Shown here piece after piece: positions 9,464 through 18,742 of a stretch of 64,000 nucleotides of DNA (position 1 is the stretch's first letter; each line of letters starts with the position of its first letter). Source of the DNA: Bacteroidia bacterium. Its GTDB lineage: Bacteria; Bacteroidota; Bacteroidia; UBA8524. The stretch lies in NCBI GenBank assembly GCA_037968475.1, contig JBBKVO010000018.1:108603-172602 (forward strand), in the 5' to 3' direction. The translations under genes were made by a program, and so were the position numbers. Below the pieces are notes generated by a model. The model was not told where the DNA came from. It searched no databases and saw only the letters and a program-made list of their open reading frames with translations.

Positions 9464-10804
9464 TTACAAATCTTCTGCACGCTCTACCAACTTAGGGTCT
9501 AGCTGTTTAGATACTTTTGCTCCCAACTCGCGCAAAGTTTCGGCACGGCGTATAAGGTTTCCGCGCCCTTCGTAAAGCTTTTTCATACTGTCTTCATAAG
9601 CTCCCTGTGCCGATTTCATTTTCTTGCCCAAATCAATAAGGTCTTCGGTAAAGTTTACAAATTTATCGTACAAATCGCCGCCTTGCCTTGCTATCTCCAG
9701 CACGTTACGGTTTTGGTATTCTTGCTTCCAAATATTGGCTATGGTGCGCAGGGTGGCCAGCAGGGTACTACTGGTTACTATTACTATATTTTGATCGAAG
9801 GCATCATTAAATATTTCCGAATCGCTTTGCACTGCAACCGCAAAGGCCGATTCTATGGGGATAAACAACAATACAAAATCAGGCGTATCAATCTCGTACA
9901 ATTGGTGGTAGCGTTTTTCGCCCAGTTGTTTTATATGCTCGCGAACCGATTTTATATGCGCCTTTAGCCACGTTTGTTGCTCTTCTTGCGTATTGGCCGA
10001 TGAGTACCTTTCATACGCCGTTAGCGATACTTTTGAATCGACAATTATATTTTTATTGTCGGGCAGTTTTATAATAACGTCGGGCTGTTGGCGGCGACCT
10101 TCATCATTCACAAAACTTTCTTGCACACTATACTCTTGCCCCTTGGTAAGTCCGCTTTTCTCCAATACTTTCTCTAAAATCAGCTCACCCCAATTACCCT
10201 GTGTTTTGCTTTCGCCTTTCAGGGCTTTGGTTAGTCGGTTAGCATCCTCACGCATCCCTTGGTTTAGTTCGGTAAGTCCACGTATTTGCTCGGCTAGTCG
10301 GCTTTGCTCCTTGCTATTTTCAAGGTGGGTATCTTCCACCTTTTTCTTAAACTCATCCATCTTCTCCTTCAACGGGTTTAGCACTATATCTAAACTATCA
10401 CGGTTTTGACGAACAAATTTTTCGCTTTTCTCTTCAAATATTCTATTGGCAAGGTTTTCAAACTCTTTAGCTAAACGCTGCTGTAAGGCTTCAACCTCTT
10501 GTTTCTGTTCAGTAAGTTTTTGTTCAAGGTTTTGCAACTGGTTAGCCAGTCGGCTATTATCAGCCGTTAGGCTTAGGCTTTGTTTCTGGGCATCTTCAAA
10601 CTGGGTTTTAGCATCAAATAAAGTAGCCTGTAATGAGTTGGCTTTCTCTTCCAATCCTGCCTTCTCGGCAGTAATACGCGATATTTCTTGCCCACGCATA
10701 TCAAAATCGGTACGGGGCACCATTTGGGCTATTTTGTTTTTACCCAAAAGCCAGCCAATAAAAGCTCCTGCTACTAATCCCACCACTACAAACAGTATTT
10801 CCAT
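9464..10804 (-). CDS. rmuC: DNA recombination protein RmuC
   Basis: Coiled-coil N-terminal half and a conserved RmuC C-terminal nuclease-like domain (YHQLYEIDTPDFVLLFIPIESAF...). The ORF track extends to 10903. The start at MEILFVVVGLV (10804) is more likely, giving an N-terminal TM helix. Confidence 0.9.
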   Translation of the reverse strand: MEILFVVVGLVAGAFIGWLLGKNKIAQMVPRTDFDMRGQEISRITAEKAGLEEKANSLQATLFDAKTQFEDAQKQSLSLTADNSRLANQLQNLEQKLTEQKQEVEALQQRLAKEFENLANRIFEEKSEKFVRQNRDSLDIVLNPLKEKMDEFKKKVEDTHLENSKEQSRLAEQIRGLTELNQGMREDANRLTKALKGESKTQGNWGELILEKVLEKSGLTKGQEYSVQESFVNDEGRRQQPDVIIKLPDNKNIIVDSKVSLTAYERYSSANTQEEQQTWLKAHIKSVREHIKQLGEKRYHQLYEIDTPDFVLLFIPIESAFAVAVQSDSEIFNDAFDQNIVIVTSSTLLATLRTIANIWKQEYQNRNVLEIARQGGDLYDKFVNFTEDLIDLGKKMKSAQGAYEDSMKKLYEGRGNLIRRAETLRELGAKVSKQLDPKLVERAEDL

Positions 10805-10877
10805 ATTTTTGCCGCTTAATTTTTTATTACACCAATGCTTACCAAAGGGCAATATTCGTACTAATTTTGGACTTTTT

Positions 10878-12242
10878 ATGCTGAAAACACCCACAAAACC
10901 CACTCGCGCTATTACCCTAAAAGGTAGACTGTTGGCTCGTTTTGTGTGGTTACTACTGCTTTGCGTGCATTTTTTTAAGTGGAAAAAATGGCAATACCCG
11001 CCTGCGGGTTTTCACGATGACCCTTTGCATTTTAAACTTAAAGACATTCTGTTTTTTGCATATAAATACTATTTCCGCACGCTAGAAAAGGCCGAAAAAA
11101 ACTCTGGTATCGAAGATTATTTTAAAACTCAAAACTTTTCTTTTCCCGAAAAACCTTTGGGTGCAACTACCATTACACTGAGTGCAGGTGGCGATTTGAT
11201 GCCCTACGAATGGATAAACCCCAACAGCACAAAACACTTGTGGGACGAGGTGGGCGACTTTTTTTTTAACAGTGATATTGTTTTTGCCAACCTTGAAACA
11301 CCAATGGTTTTAAGCGAAAAACCTTCACTAACACCAGAAGTTATGCTTAACGATATGTATTTTAACGGTTCGGAAGAGTTGTACTCCATTTTTAGTGGAA
11401 ACAGAAAATACAAGGGCTACGATATTCTAAGCACTGCCAACAACCACATGTTGGATATGGGTGAAAAGGGACTAAAAACCAATTTAGATTTTTTAAAAGG
11501 AAAAGCCCTTGCCGTAGGTTCAGCATACGATAAAGAGGGACAAGATGATTTTCCTATTGTTGAACGAGACGGAATACAAGTAGCATTTTTGGCCTATACA
11601 TATAGCCTTAATAAACTACAACCTATTGAGGGCAAAGAATACCTTACCAACTACTTGCCTCTAAACCAAGACGGTTGCGATATTAGCTTGATTATTCATC
11701 ATGCAAAGTTGGCAAAACAGCGCGGGGCTGATATGGTAGTATGCTCGCTACACTGTGGTTGTGCCTACCAAGCCTATCCTGCCAATCATACGGTTGATTT
11801 GTACCATCGTGTTTTTGATGAGGCGGGCGTTGATGTAATTTTAGGGCACCACCCACACAACCCGCAACCTATGGAGCAATACCCTTTTACTGATCCTTTT
11901 ACAGGTAAAGATAAGCTGGGCTTTGCCATATACTCGCTAGGCGATTTTGTAGCGTACGATTTAAGTATTTTTTGCCGTATGCCTTTGCTTTTAAAGTTTG
12001 AAATAACAAAAACTTACGAGCATACTTTTGTCTCGGGCTTACAAATTTTACCCGCCTACCTTGCCGGTAAAAAAACTGCACAGGGTATGGATGTGCGCTT
12101 ACTAAACCTAGATAAAATTGCCCAAGAAAACTATACACATCCGTTTTTAAACAAGGCATTAAAAAAAGAAGCTGGCACTCTTTACAGCTTTTTACAAAAC
12201 CATATTATACGGCCACAACACGAAATATGGCTGAAACATTAA
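10878..12242 (+). CDS. CapA/PgsA-family protein (poly-gamma-glutamate synthesis-type metallophosphatase)
   Basis: The LSAGGDLMPYEW...DIVFANLETP motif matches the PGA_cap family. The ORF-track N-terminus (10446-10877) overlaps rmuC on the opposite strand and is judged spurious. The start was chosen at MLKTPTKP. Confidence 0.75.
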   Translation: MLKTPTKPTRAITLKGRLLARFVWLLLLCVHFFKWKKWQYPPAGFHDDPLHFKLKDILFFAYKYYFRTLEKAEKNSGIEDYFKTQNFSFPEKPLGATTITLSAGGDLMPYEWINPNSTKHLWDEVGDFFFNSDIVFANLETPMVLSEKPSLTPEVMLNDMYFNGSEELYSIFSGNRKYKGYDILSTANNHMLDMGEKGLKTNLDFLKGKALAVGSAYDKEGQDDFPIVERDGIQVAFLAYTYSLNKLQPIEGKEYLTNYLPLNQDGCDISLIIHHAKLAKQRGADMVVCSLHCGCAYQAYPANHTVDLYHRVFDEAGVDVILGHHPHNPQPMEQYPFTDPFTGKDKLGFAIYSLGDFVAYDLSIFCRMPLLLKFEITKTYEHTFVSGLQILPAYLAGKKTAQGMDVRLLNLDKIAQENYTHPFLNKALKKEAGTLYSFLQNHIIRPQHEIWLKH

Positions 12243-12326
12243 AATTTAACTGTATAATTCTTTATTTTGCGACTCGTTTTTAAAACTAAATAACATACAG
12301 CCAATTTTATAATACACCACACAGTT

Positions 12327-12887
12327 ATGGAAGATGTAAAAACTATACTTGACGAAACTAAAATGAGCATGGATAAATGCATACAACACACTGAGGTTGA
12401 GTTTGCAAATATTAGGGCAGGAAAAGCCAGCCCGAATATGCTTGATGGTATAAGTATAGACTACTACGGTGCAATGACACCCTTAGCACAAGCCGCCAAT
12501 ATTACCACCCCCGATGCACGCACTTTAGTGATACAACCTTGGGATAAAGGGTTGATTAGTGCTGTAGAGAAAGCAATTATAGACTCTAACCTTGGCCTAA
12601 ACCCACAAAACGATGGTATAGTGGTGCGCCTAAATATACCACCACTTACTGAAGACAGACGTAAAGGGTTGGTGAAAACCGTGAAAGCTGAAGGCGAAAA
12701 TGCCAAGGTAACTATACGTAACATACGCAAAGAAGGAAACGAGCAAATTAAAAAAGCACAAAAAGACGGACTTGCCGAAGATTTGGCAAAAGACGGTGAA
12801 GCAAAAGTGCAAATACTTACTGACCAGTACATTAAGAAAATTGATGAACTGCTAGTACTAAAAGAAAAAGAAATAATGACCGTTTAA
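12327..12887 (+). CDS. frr: Ribosome recycling factor
   Basis: 186 aa, collinear with RRF throughout (VRAGKASPNMLDGI..., TIRNIRKE...). Confidence 0.95.
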   Translation: MEDVKTILDETKMSMDKCIQHTEVEFANIRAGKASPNMLDGISIDYYGAMTPLAQAANITTPDARTLVIQPWDKGLISAVEKAIIDSNLGLNPQNDGIVVRLNIPPLTEDRRKGLVKTVKAEGENAKVTIRNIRKEGNEQIKKAQKDGLAEDLAKDGEAKVQILTDQYIKKIDELLVLKEKEIMTV

Positions 12888-12891
12888 GCCT

Positions 12892-14871
12892 TTGCAAAAA
12901 GCATTTAAAAAAATAGCATCTTTTAAAACGCTGAAATATGTAGTTATTACAATTTCAGCGTTTTTAGTTTTAGGCATTGTAGCATACTTTGCTCTGCGTA
13001 ACTATGTTTTGCAAAAAGCCTTGCAAAAAGTAAAAGGCAAGGTTGAAAATAGTACTCATCTAAGTTTTGCTGTGGGTAATGCCCAATTTAAAGGGTTAAA
13101 TACCATACAGCTTACCCAAATAAGTCTTGTGCCACAGGGTAAAGACACACTTTTTACTACCGATAGCGTACAAGTATCTATAAAACTATTACCTATTGTT
13201 TTTGGTAAAATACGTCTTAGTAAACTGCAAGTGGCCAATACCCATGTGTATTTGCGTAAAGACAGTTTGCAAACTAATTTTAGAGGACTTCTAAAACCTC
13301 GTAAAAAGACGGAAAAGAAAGAAAATGCAGACAGGGATGTATCAAAAAGCACCTTTGAAGCTATAAAAACTCTTTTACGTTACTTGCCCGATGAGGTAGA
13401 TGTAAAAAATGCTCGCCTTAGCTTAAAGTATAATGATAGCCTACGCTACATCACCCTAAAAAAACTGGATTGGGACAATAGTAAATTTGCAGCACTAATT
13501 GAACCCCAAAAAGAATTTGGACAAAGCGATTGGATAGCAGAAGGTTATTTTGATAAACACGAAATTAAAGGCGAGCTAAACCTATCAAGTTCTGAGGGAA
13601 TAGATATTTACCTTGCTTCGCTATTCAACTCAGGTTTAGGATTTAAAAAACTACACCTGCAAATAGATCAACTGGATTATAAAAACAAAACCCTTGTGTT
13701 TGATGCCAAGGGAGATATAGACAGTTTGCGTATATATAACGAACGCCTTGCATTGGATACGGTACGCATAGCCAAAACCGGTGGCAATCTTGCCCTGCAA
13801 ATAAACCGCAACTTTGTAGTTTTAGATTCATCATCAACCTTTAGTATTAATGATATTCGCCTTAGTGCTTTTGCCCAATACCCCTTGGGAAAAGAAAAGC
13901 AATATGCCCTAGCACTTAATATGCCCAGCACCAATGCGCAAAACTTTTTCAACTCGCTGCCACAAGGCATGTTTAGAAAGTTCGATGGTATAGAGGTAAA
14001 AGGTAATTTATCGTACAGGCTTAATTGTGCTATGGATGGTGCCATGCCCGATAGCTTGCAGTTTACATCTGAACTTAAAAAAGAAGATTTTGAAATTGTA
14101 AAATATGGTGCTGAAAACTTTGCCCGTATTAACGGTGCTTTCACCCAAACGGTGTTTGAAGGTGGAAAACCCATACGCAGTTTTGTGGTAGGAGAAGACA
14201 ATCCATACTTTACCCATAGCGAGGCAGTGAGCCCGTTTTTTAAAAATGCCTTGCTGATTAATGAAGATCCTTCATTTTTTTACCATCACGGTTTTATACC
14301 GCAATCGTTTAGAGATGCTATTGTAGCGGTGTATAAAGCAGGGTTTAAGTTTGTACGTGGCGGTAGCACCATAAGTATGCAATTGGTTAAAAATGTGTAC
14401 TTAGAACGCCGCAAAACCATATCGCGCAAAGCCGAAGAAGCCCTTATTGTTTGGCTGATAGAAAACAACCGAGTGAGTAGCAAAGAACGTATGTTTGAGG
14501 TATACGTTAATATTATTGAGCTTGCACCAGGTGTGTATGGTATTGGCGAGGGTGCACAATTTTATTTTAACAAACGTCCTGCCGATTTAACCCTTGCCGA
14601 AGGCATATACCTATCAAACATTATCCCACGTCCAAAAGCCTTTAAATACGGGTTTGAAAAAGACGGTAGTATGAAACATTGGCTGCAAGAAAAAGCCAAC
14701 CTTGTAGTGCGCCGTATGGTGCAGCGCGAGTGGTTACCCGCTACGGACACTATTGGTTTTAGCCCGCAAGTAGTACTAAAAGGAGCTGCAAAAAACTTTA
14801 TCATTCCTGATAGTGTGGCCATAGAACCTATGGATACTTTGCCTGACACATTAAAGATTTTTGAAGAGTAA
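12892..14871 (+). CDS. Membrane protein with a C-terminal GT51 transglycosylase domain
   Basis: N-terminal TM helix and a ~430 aa domain of unknown function. The C-terminal ~200 aa carry GT51 motifs (EDPSFFYHHGF, RGGSTISMQLVKNVYL). The gene starts 4 nt after frr. Confidence 0.7.
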   Translation: MQKAFKKIASFKTLKYVVITISAFLVLGIVAYFALRNYVLQKALQKVKGKVENSTHLSFAVGNAQFKGLNTIQLTQISLVPQGKDTLFTTDSVQVSIKLLPIVFGKIRLSKLQVANTHVYLRKDSLQTNFRGLLKPRKKTEKKENADRDVSKSTFEAIKTLLRYLPDEVDVKNARLSLKYNDSLRYITLKKLDWDNSKFAALIEPQKEFGQSDWIAEGYFDKHEIKGELNLSSSEGIDIYLASLFNSGLGFKKLHLQIDQLDYKNKTLVFDAKGDIDSLRIYNERLALDTVRIAKTGGNLALQINRNFVVLDSSSTFSINDIRLSAFAQYPLGKEKQYALALNMPSTNAQNFFNSLPQGMFRKFDGIEVKGNLSYRLNCAMDGAMPDSLQFTSELKKEDFEIVKYGAENFARINGAFTQTVFEGGKPIRSFVVGEDNPYFTHSEAVSPFFKNALLINEDPSFFYHHGFIPQSFRDAIVAVYKAGFKFVRGGSTISMQLVKNVYLERRKTISRKAEEALIVWLIENNRVSSKERMFEVYVNIIELAPGVYGIGEGAQFYFNKRPADLTLAEGIYLSNIIPRPKAFKYGFEKDGSMKHWLQEKANLVVRRMVQREWLPATDTIGFSPQVVLKGAAKNFIIPDSVAIEPMDTLPDTLKIFEE

Positions 14872-14924
14872 TTCTTTATTTATTAGTAATTATATTCTTC
14901 TAAAAATCGACATTTGCCCTCGGT

Positions 14925-16016
14925 TTGCAAAACATGAAAATATATCTGCTATTGGCATTGCTATGCTTTGGTATACCGTGTATTGCTCAAAAAATAGTTG
15001 TTGATTCCTCTTTACTTGATGCCCCTCCTTCCCCACCATTAACTTACGACACTAATTATATACACCGATTTGGCGATGTAATAGCTATTGAGCCATGGAT
15101 ATCCGCACCAACATTTTCATTCAGACTTGAACCAAAAACCGATAGTTTAGCCGTAAAAGGCAACGATTACCAACCGCACTTACGAGATGTAGTTGGATTT
15201 GATATTAGCTATCGTGCCTTTACCGTCTCTATTGGTTTTAAAGGCCGTGTTGTGGAAGAGGATAATGAGGTATATGGGAAAACCAACTATTCAATTATTA
15301 AAATTAGGCTAAATAGTAAACCCTTTGTGTACGAGTTTTACCACAATACTTTTAATGGCTTTGCCGATTATAATACATCATCGTACGATAGTAGCCATCC
15401 ACAATCCACACCTTTAATAAAACGAGGTGATATACGTGTGCAATACACCAAACTAAAAGCCATTTATATTTTCAGCAGAAAGAAGTTTTCGTATGGTGGT
15501 GCATATAGTTTTACCGAGCGACAAAAAAAGACTAGAGCCACAGCATTGGCCGTTGCCCATGTATACCGCATGAGTACAAGTGCCGATTCGACTTTTTTTA
15601 ACTACGGACAACAAGGTTTGTTTAGCAAATACGATAGTCTTAAACATTTGCGAGTGTATTCAATAGGATTAGGGCCCGGTTTTGCTGCTACTTTTGTAAA
15701 AAAGAAATGGTTTTTTTCTATCGGGGCATATATAATGGGCGATTTGCAATACCACAGCTCACACAATACCCATAACGAGATTATTAGCCAAGGTTGGAGG
15801 GCTGCCCTATTTGGCGACGTTTTTGTTTCGGGAGGATATAATGGCAATACATTTTATGCGGGCTTTGTAGCTCGGGGAGACCGTAATTTTGTATCACTAC
15901 CCAATGTAAATGCCTCAACTACTTTTTACAATACCGTATTAAGCATAGGTTTTAGGTTCAATCCACCTAAAATTATTTCTAAATTGTACGATGCCAGTCC
16001 ACTAAGATATTTATAA
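14925..16016 (+). CDS. Hypothetical secreted protein
   Basis: Signal peptide. No recognisable domain. Confidence 0.4.
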   Translation: MQNMKIYLLLALLCFGIPCIAQKIVVDSSLLDAPPSPPLTYDTNYIHRFGDVIAIEPWISAPTFSFRLEPKTDSLAVKGNDYQPHLRDVVGFDISYRAFTVSIGFKGRVVEEDNEVYGKTNYSIIKIRLNSKPFVYEFYHNTFNGFADYNTSSYDSSHPQSTPLIKRGDIRVQYTKLKAIYIFSRKKFSYGGAYSFTERQKKTRATALAVAHVYRMSTSADSTFFNYGQQGLFSKYDSLKHLRVYSIGLGPGFAATFVKKKWFFSIGAYIMGDLQYHSSHNTHNEIISQGWRAALFGDVFVSGGYNGNTFYAGFVARGDRNFVSLPNVNASTTFYNTVLSIGFRFNPPKIISKLYDASPLRYL

Positions 16017-16021
16017 CACAA

Positions 16022-16046
16022 AAGGGGGCTATTAGCCCCCTTTCAC
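16022..16046. terminator. Bidirectional hairpin terminator
   Basis: AAGGGGGCTATTAGCCCCCTT lies between convergent genes. Confidence 0.5.
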
Positions 16047-16067
16047 GTTTATTCTTCATACAAACAA

Positions 16068-16673
16068 CTACATAGCTTTTGCGTGCAACACTTTTGCATT
16101 TTCATCCAACTGGTATACAATAGGTCGTGCAGTGCCTAATTCTTTCTTCAAAATTTCATCGGGAGTAAGGTTCTCCAAATACATTATCAAAGCACGCAGG
16201 CTATTACCATGTGCTGATATTATAATGTTTTTACCTTGCTTCAATAAAGGCTCAATATTCTCTTTGTAGTAGGGTAATACCCTTTCGGCAGTGTCTTTAA
16301 GGCTTTCACCGTTTGGAGGTGGTACATCAAAACTTCTACGCCAAATATGCACCTGCTCGTCACCATATTTCAGTGCAGTTTCAGCTTTATCAAGCCCTTG
16401 CAAATCGCCATACATACGCTCGTTCAACGCTTCGTTTTTGGTAACAGGTATATCTGTTTGTCCGCTAATTTCTAAAATGGCATCCAATGTTTTTTGAGCA
16501 CGTTGCAAACTCGATGTAAATGCTTCATCAAACTTATAACCTTTTAGTATTTCTCCCGCTTGTTTAGCTTCTTCAATACCTTTGGTCGAAAGTTCAACAT
16601 CAACCCAACCCGTAAAACGGTTTTCTAAATTCCATTGCGATTGCCCGTGCCTAATAATTACTAATTGTGCCAT
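16068..16673 (-). CDS. gpmA: 2,3-bisphosphoglycerate-dependent phosphoglycerate mutase
   Basis: The [20 protein letters not shown]-terminus gives the catalytic His motif. Confidence 0.9.
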   Translation of the reverse strand: MAQLVIIRHGQSQWNLENRFTGWVDVELSTKGIEEAKQAGEILKGYKFDEAFTSSLQRAQKTLDAILEISGQTDIPVTKNEALNERMYGDLQGLDKAETALKYGDEQVHIWRRSFDVPPPNGESLKDTAERVLPYYKENIEPLLKQGKNIIISAHGNSLRALIMYLENLTPDEILKKELGTARPIVYQLDENAKVLHAKAM

Positions 16674-16867
16674 TGTTAAAAATTTGCTACAAATATAGGT
16701 GTATTGCTTTTTTTAAAAACCTGTAAATGCAATATGTACCTGCAAACTAAACAAAATCAGTACAAATAGCCCATAAATACAAGGCCACAATACTATACAC
16801 CCATACTATTTCCGTTTATAAAGATAGACTGGCTTTTATTACTTTTGCCATGGCTTATTGTATACAC

Positions 16868-17113
16868 ATGACAAACGAGGAAATAAAAGAAAAAACAAAC
16901 TCCATTTTTCATAAAGTTTTTAGCGACGAGAGTATAGGAATACACCCTGAAATGACTGCAAAGGATGTGGAGCGTTGGGACTCGCTAAACCATCTCACCC
17001 TTATAACATCGGTAGAAGAAGCCTTTGGGATAAAATTTAAGCTGAAAGAACTAATAAGTATGAAAAACGTAGGTGATTTACTTCGCTTAATAGAAGCCAA
17101 AACAAACGGCTAA
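16868..17113 (+). CDS. Acyl/D-alanyl carrier protein-like
   Basis: ~81 aa with a DSL(N) phosphopantetheine-attachment-like motif (WDSLNHLTLI). It is the first gene of a tight operon. Confidence 0.65.
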   Translation: MTNEEIKEKTNSIFHKVFSDESIGIHPEMTAKDVERWDSLNHLTLITSVEEAFGIKFKLKELISMKNVGDLLRLIEAKTNG

Positions 17114-17122
17114 TACAATACC

Positions 17123-18721
17123 ATGAATAAAATTTGGCAATCGGTAGCTATACTTTTTACACTCAATGCAGCCCTATTGGGCTTTGCCTTTGTGTATGAA
17201 AATACTTTTGCCGCTTGGGATAGTGAAGCCAACACCAAAGACGGACGTTTTCGCTTTATTACCCTTAGTCAAATACTTACGCCCGATACCCTTTCCATCA
17301 ATCAAAATGCCGAACAGATAGCTGAGGACTTGCTAAAAAGCGATATGCTTGAGATTGTTAAGATGGAGAAAAAAGGTAAACTAGATTCGGCATTTTTAGA
17401 TAAACCGGGTGATACAACCATAAAATCAAACCTGATTATTAACCCCCAAGCATTAGACGATTTTTTTGCTACGCTTATACAAGAAAAAGACAATACATTG
17501 GTACGCGTAGCCCATTACGGAGACTCGCAACTTGAGGGAGATAGGGTAACAGCACATATACGCAGAAACCTACAAGCTAAATTTGGCGGTGGTGGTTTGG
17601 GCTATGTGCCTTTTGACGATGTAGCCAGTAACTCAAACTATACCCGCACCAATACAGGCAAATGGTGGCGGTACAACGTGTTTAATATGCGCCGCAAAAA
17701 CAACAGTTACTACGGACTTAGTGGTAGCGTGTTTAGGTTTGCAAAAGGCAGTAATACACCCGATAGCGCTAAGGCTTCAAAAAGCATAAAAATCATTAAA
17801 CCTGATAGCACTATAAAGATAAAAAAAGACACTGTAAAGCTAATTGCCAAAGCCGACACCGTTAAAAAAGCTAAAAAAGATACCAATAGTACCCAAACTG
17901 CAAAGGCATTACCACAAAATGGGATACTAAAAAATGCTTCGGTTACTTATAAATTAGCTAAATGGGTAAACTACCAGCGTGTATCGTTGATGTATGGACA
18001 GGCTAAAGAAAGTTTTGGGGTTAAATGCTTTACTTTAGATAATGAGTTGATATATACCGATAGTATAGTACCTCTTATGGGTTTTGCCAGCAAAAAACTT
18101 AACATCCCCGCTGGGTTAAAAGGTTTTAAACTAGAGTTTACAGGTACTACCAGCCCTGATTTGTATGGGCTGCAAATTGATGATACCACAGGTATTATTG
18201 TAGATAACTATGCCATACGCGGCCACAGTGGCGATGGCCTTTTTAGAATAAACGACGAATATTTGGCGCAGCAATTGCAAGGTACTAATACAAAGCTTAT
18301 TATATTTCAGTACGGTGCCAATATGCTGCCCTACTTAGAAAGCGAAAAAGAGTGCAAGTATTACGAAGATGCCTTTTATCGTTTGTTTAGAAAATTTAAA
18401 AAAGCTGCCCCAAATGCTGCTATATTGGTAATAGGTAACGGCGATATGGGGTTTGTAAAAGAAGGCGAAGAACAATCGTACCCGTTTGTGCGCTGCCTTA
18501 GCGATGTACAAAAAAATGCAGCCACACGCGCAGGTTGTGCATTTTGGAGTTTACTAGATGCAATGGGTGGCGAAAACGCTATATTGACATGGAATAGAAA
18601 AGGCTTGTGCGCGCTTGATGGGCATTTATCGCCCAAAGGGCAAAAAATAATAGCCAACCTTATATTCAAATCGATAATGCGCGAATACAATAACTTTATA
18701 CTAAAACAACAAAATAGTTAA
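17123..18721 (+). CDS. SGNH/GDSL-like hydrolase or acyltransferase (DltD/AlgX-like)
   Basis: Block I motif HYGDSQLEGD, an N-terminal TM/signal segment, and a 10-nt gap from the ACP gene. Confidence 0.5.
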   Translation: MNKIWQSVAILFTLNAALLGFAFVYENTFAAWDSEANTKDGRFRFITLSQILTPDTLSINQNAEQIAEDLLKSDMLEIVKMEKKGKLDSAFLDKPGDTTIKSNLIINPQALDDFFATLIQEKDNTLVRVAHYGDSQLEGDRVTAHIRRNLQAKFGGGGLGYVPFDDVASNSNYTRTNTGKWWRYNVFNMRRKNNSYYGLSGSVFRFAKGSNTPDSAKASKSIKIIKPDSTIKIKKDTVKLIAKADTVKKAKKDTNSTQTAKALPQNGILKNASVTYKLAKWVNYQRVSLMYGQAKESFGVKCFTLDNELIYTDSIVPLMGFASKKLNIPAGLKGFKLEFTGTTSPDLYGLQIDDTTGIIVDNYAIRGHSGDGLFRINDEYLAQQLQGTNTKLIIFQYGANMLPYLESEKECKYYEDAFYRLFRKFKKAAPNAAILVIGNGDMGFVKEGEEQSYPFVRCLSDVQKNAATRAGCAFWSLLDAMGGENAILTWNRKGLCALDGHLSPKGQKIIANLIFKSIMREYNNFILKQQNS

Positions 18722-18742
18722 CGCTACGTTTAACACACAAAT

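Noticed and set aside
10446-10877. 5' portion of ORF-track entry 10446..12242, which overlaps rmuC on the opposite strand
   Set aside because: There is no recognisable protein pattern. The CapA-like homology starts only after MLKTPTKP (10878). It is Cys/Ser-rich, typical of antisense translation of a coiled-coil gene.
13677-14201. 174-aa minus-strand ORF inside the GT51 gene. Similar antisense ORFs lie inside menC (52817..53425), RmuC (9683-10409), the adhesin and the E1 gene.
   Set aside because: They are entirely embedded antisense in well-supported genes, have no motifs and have biased composition. They are judged spurious.
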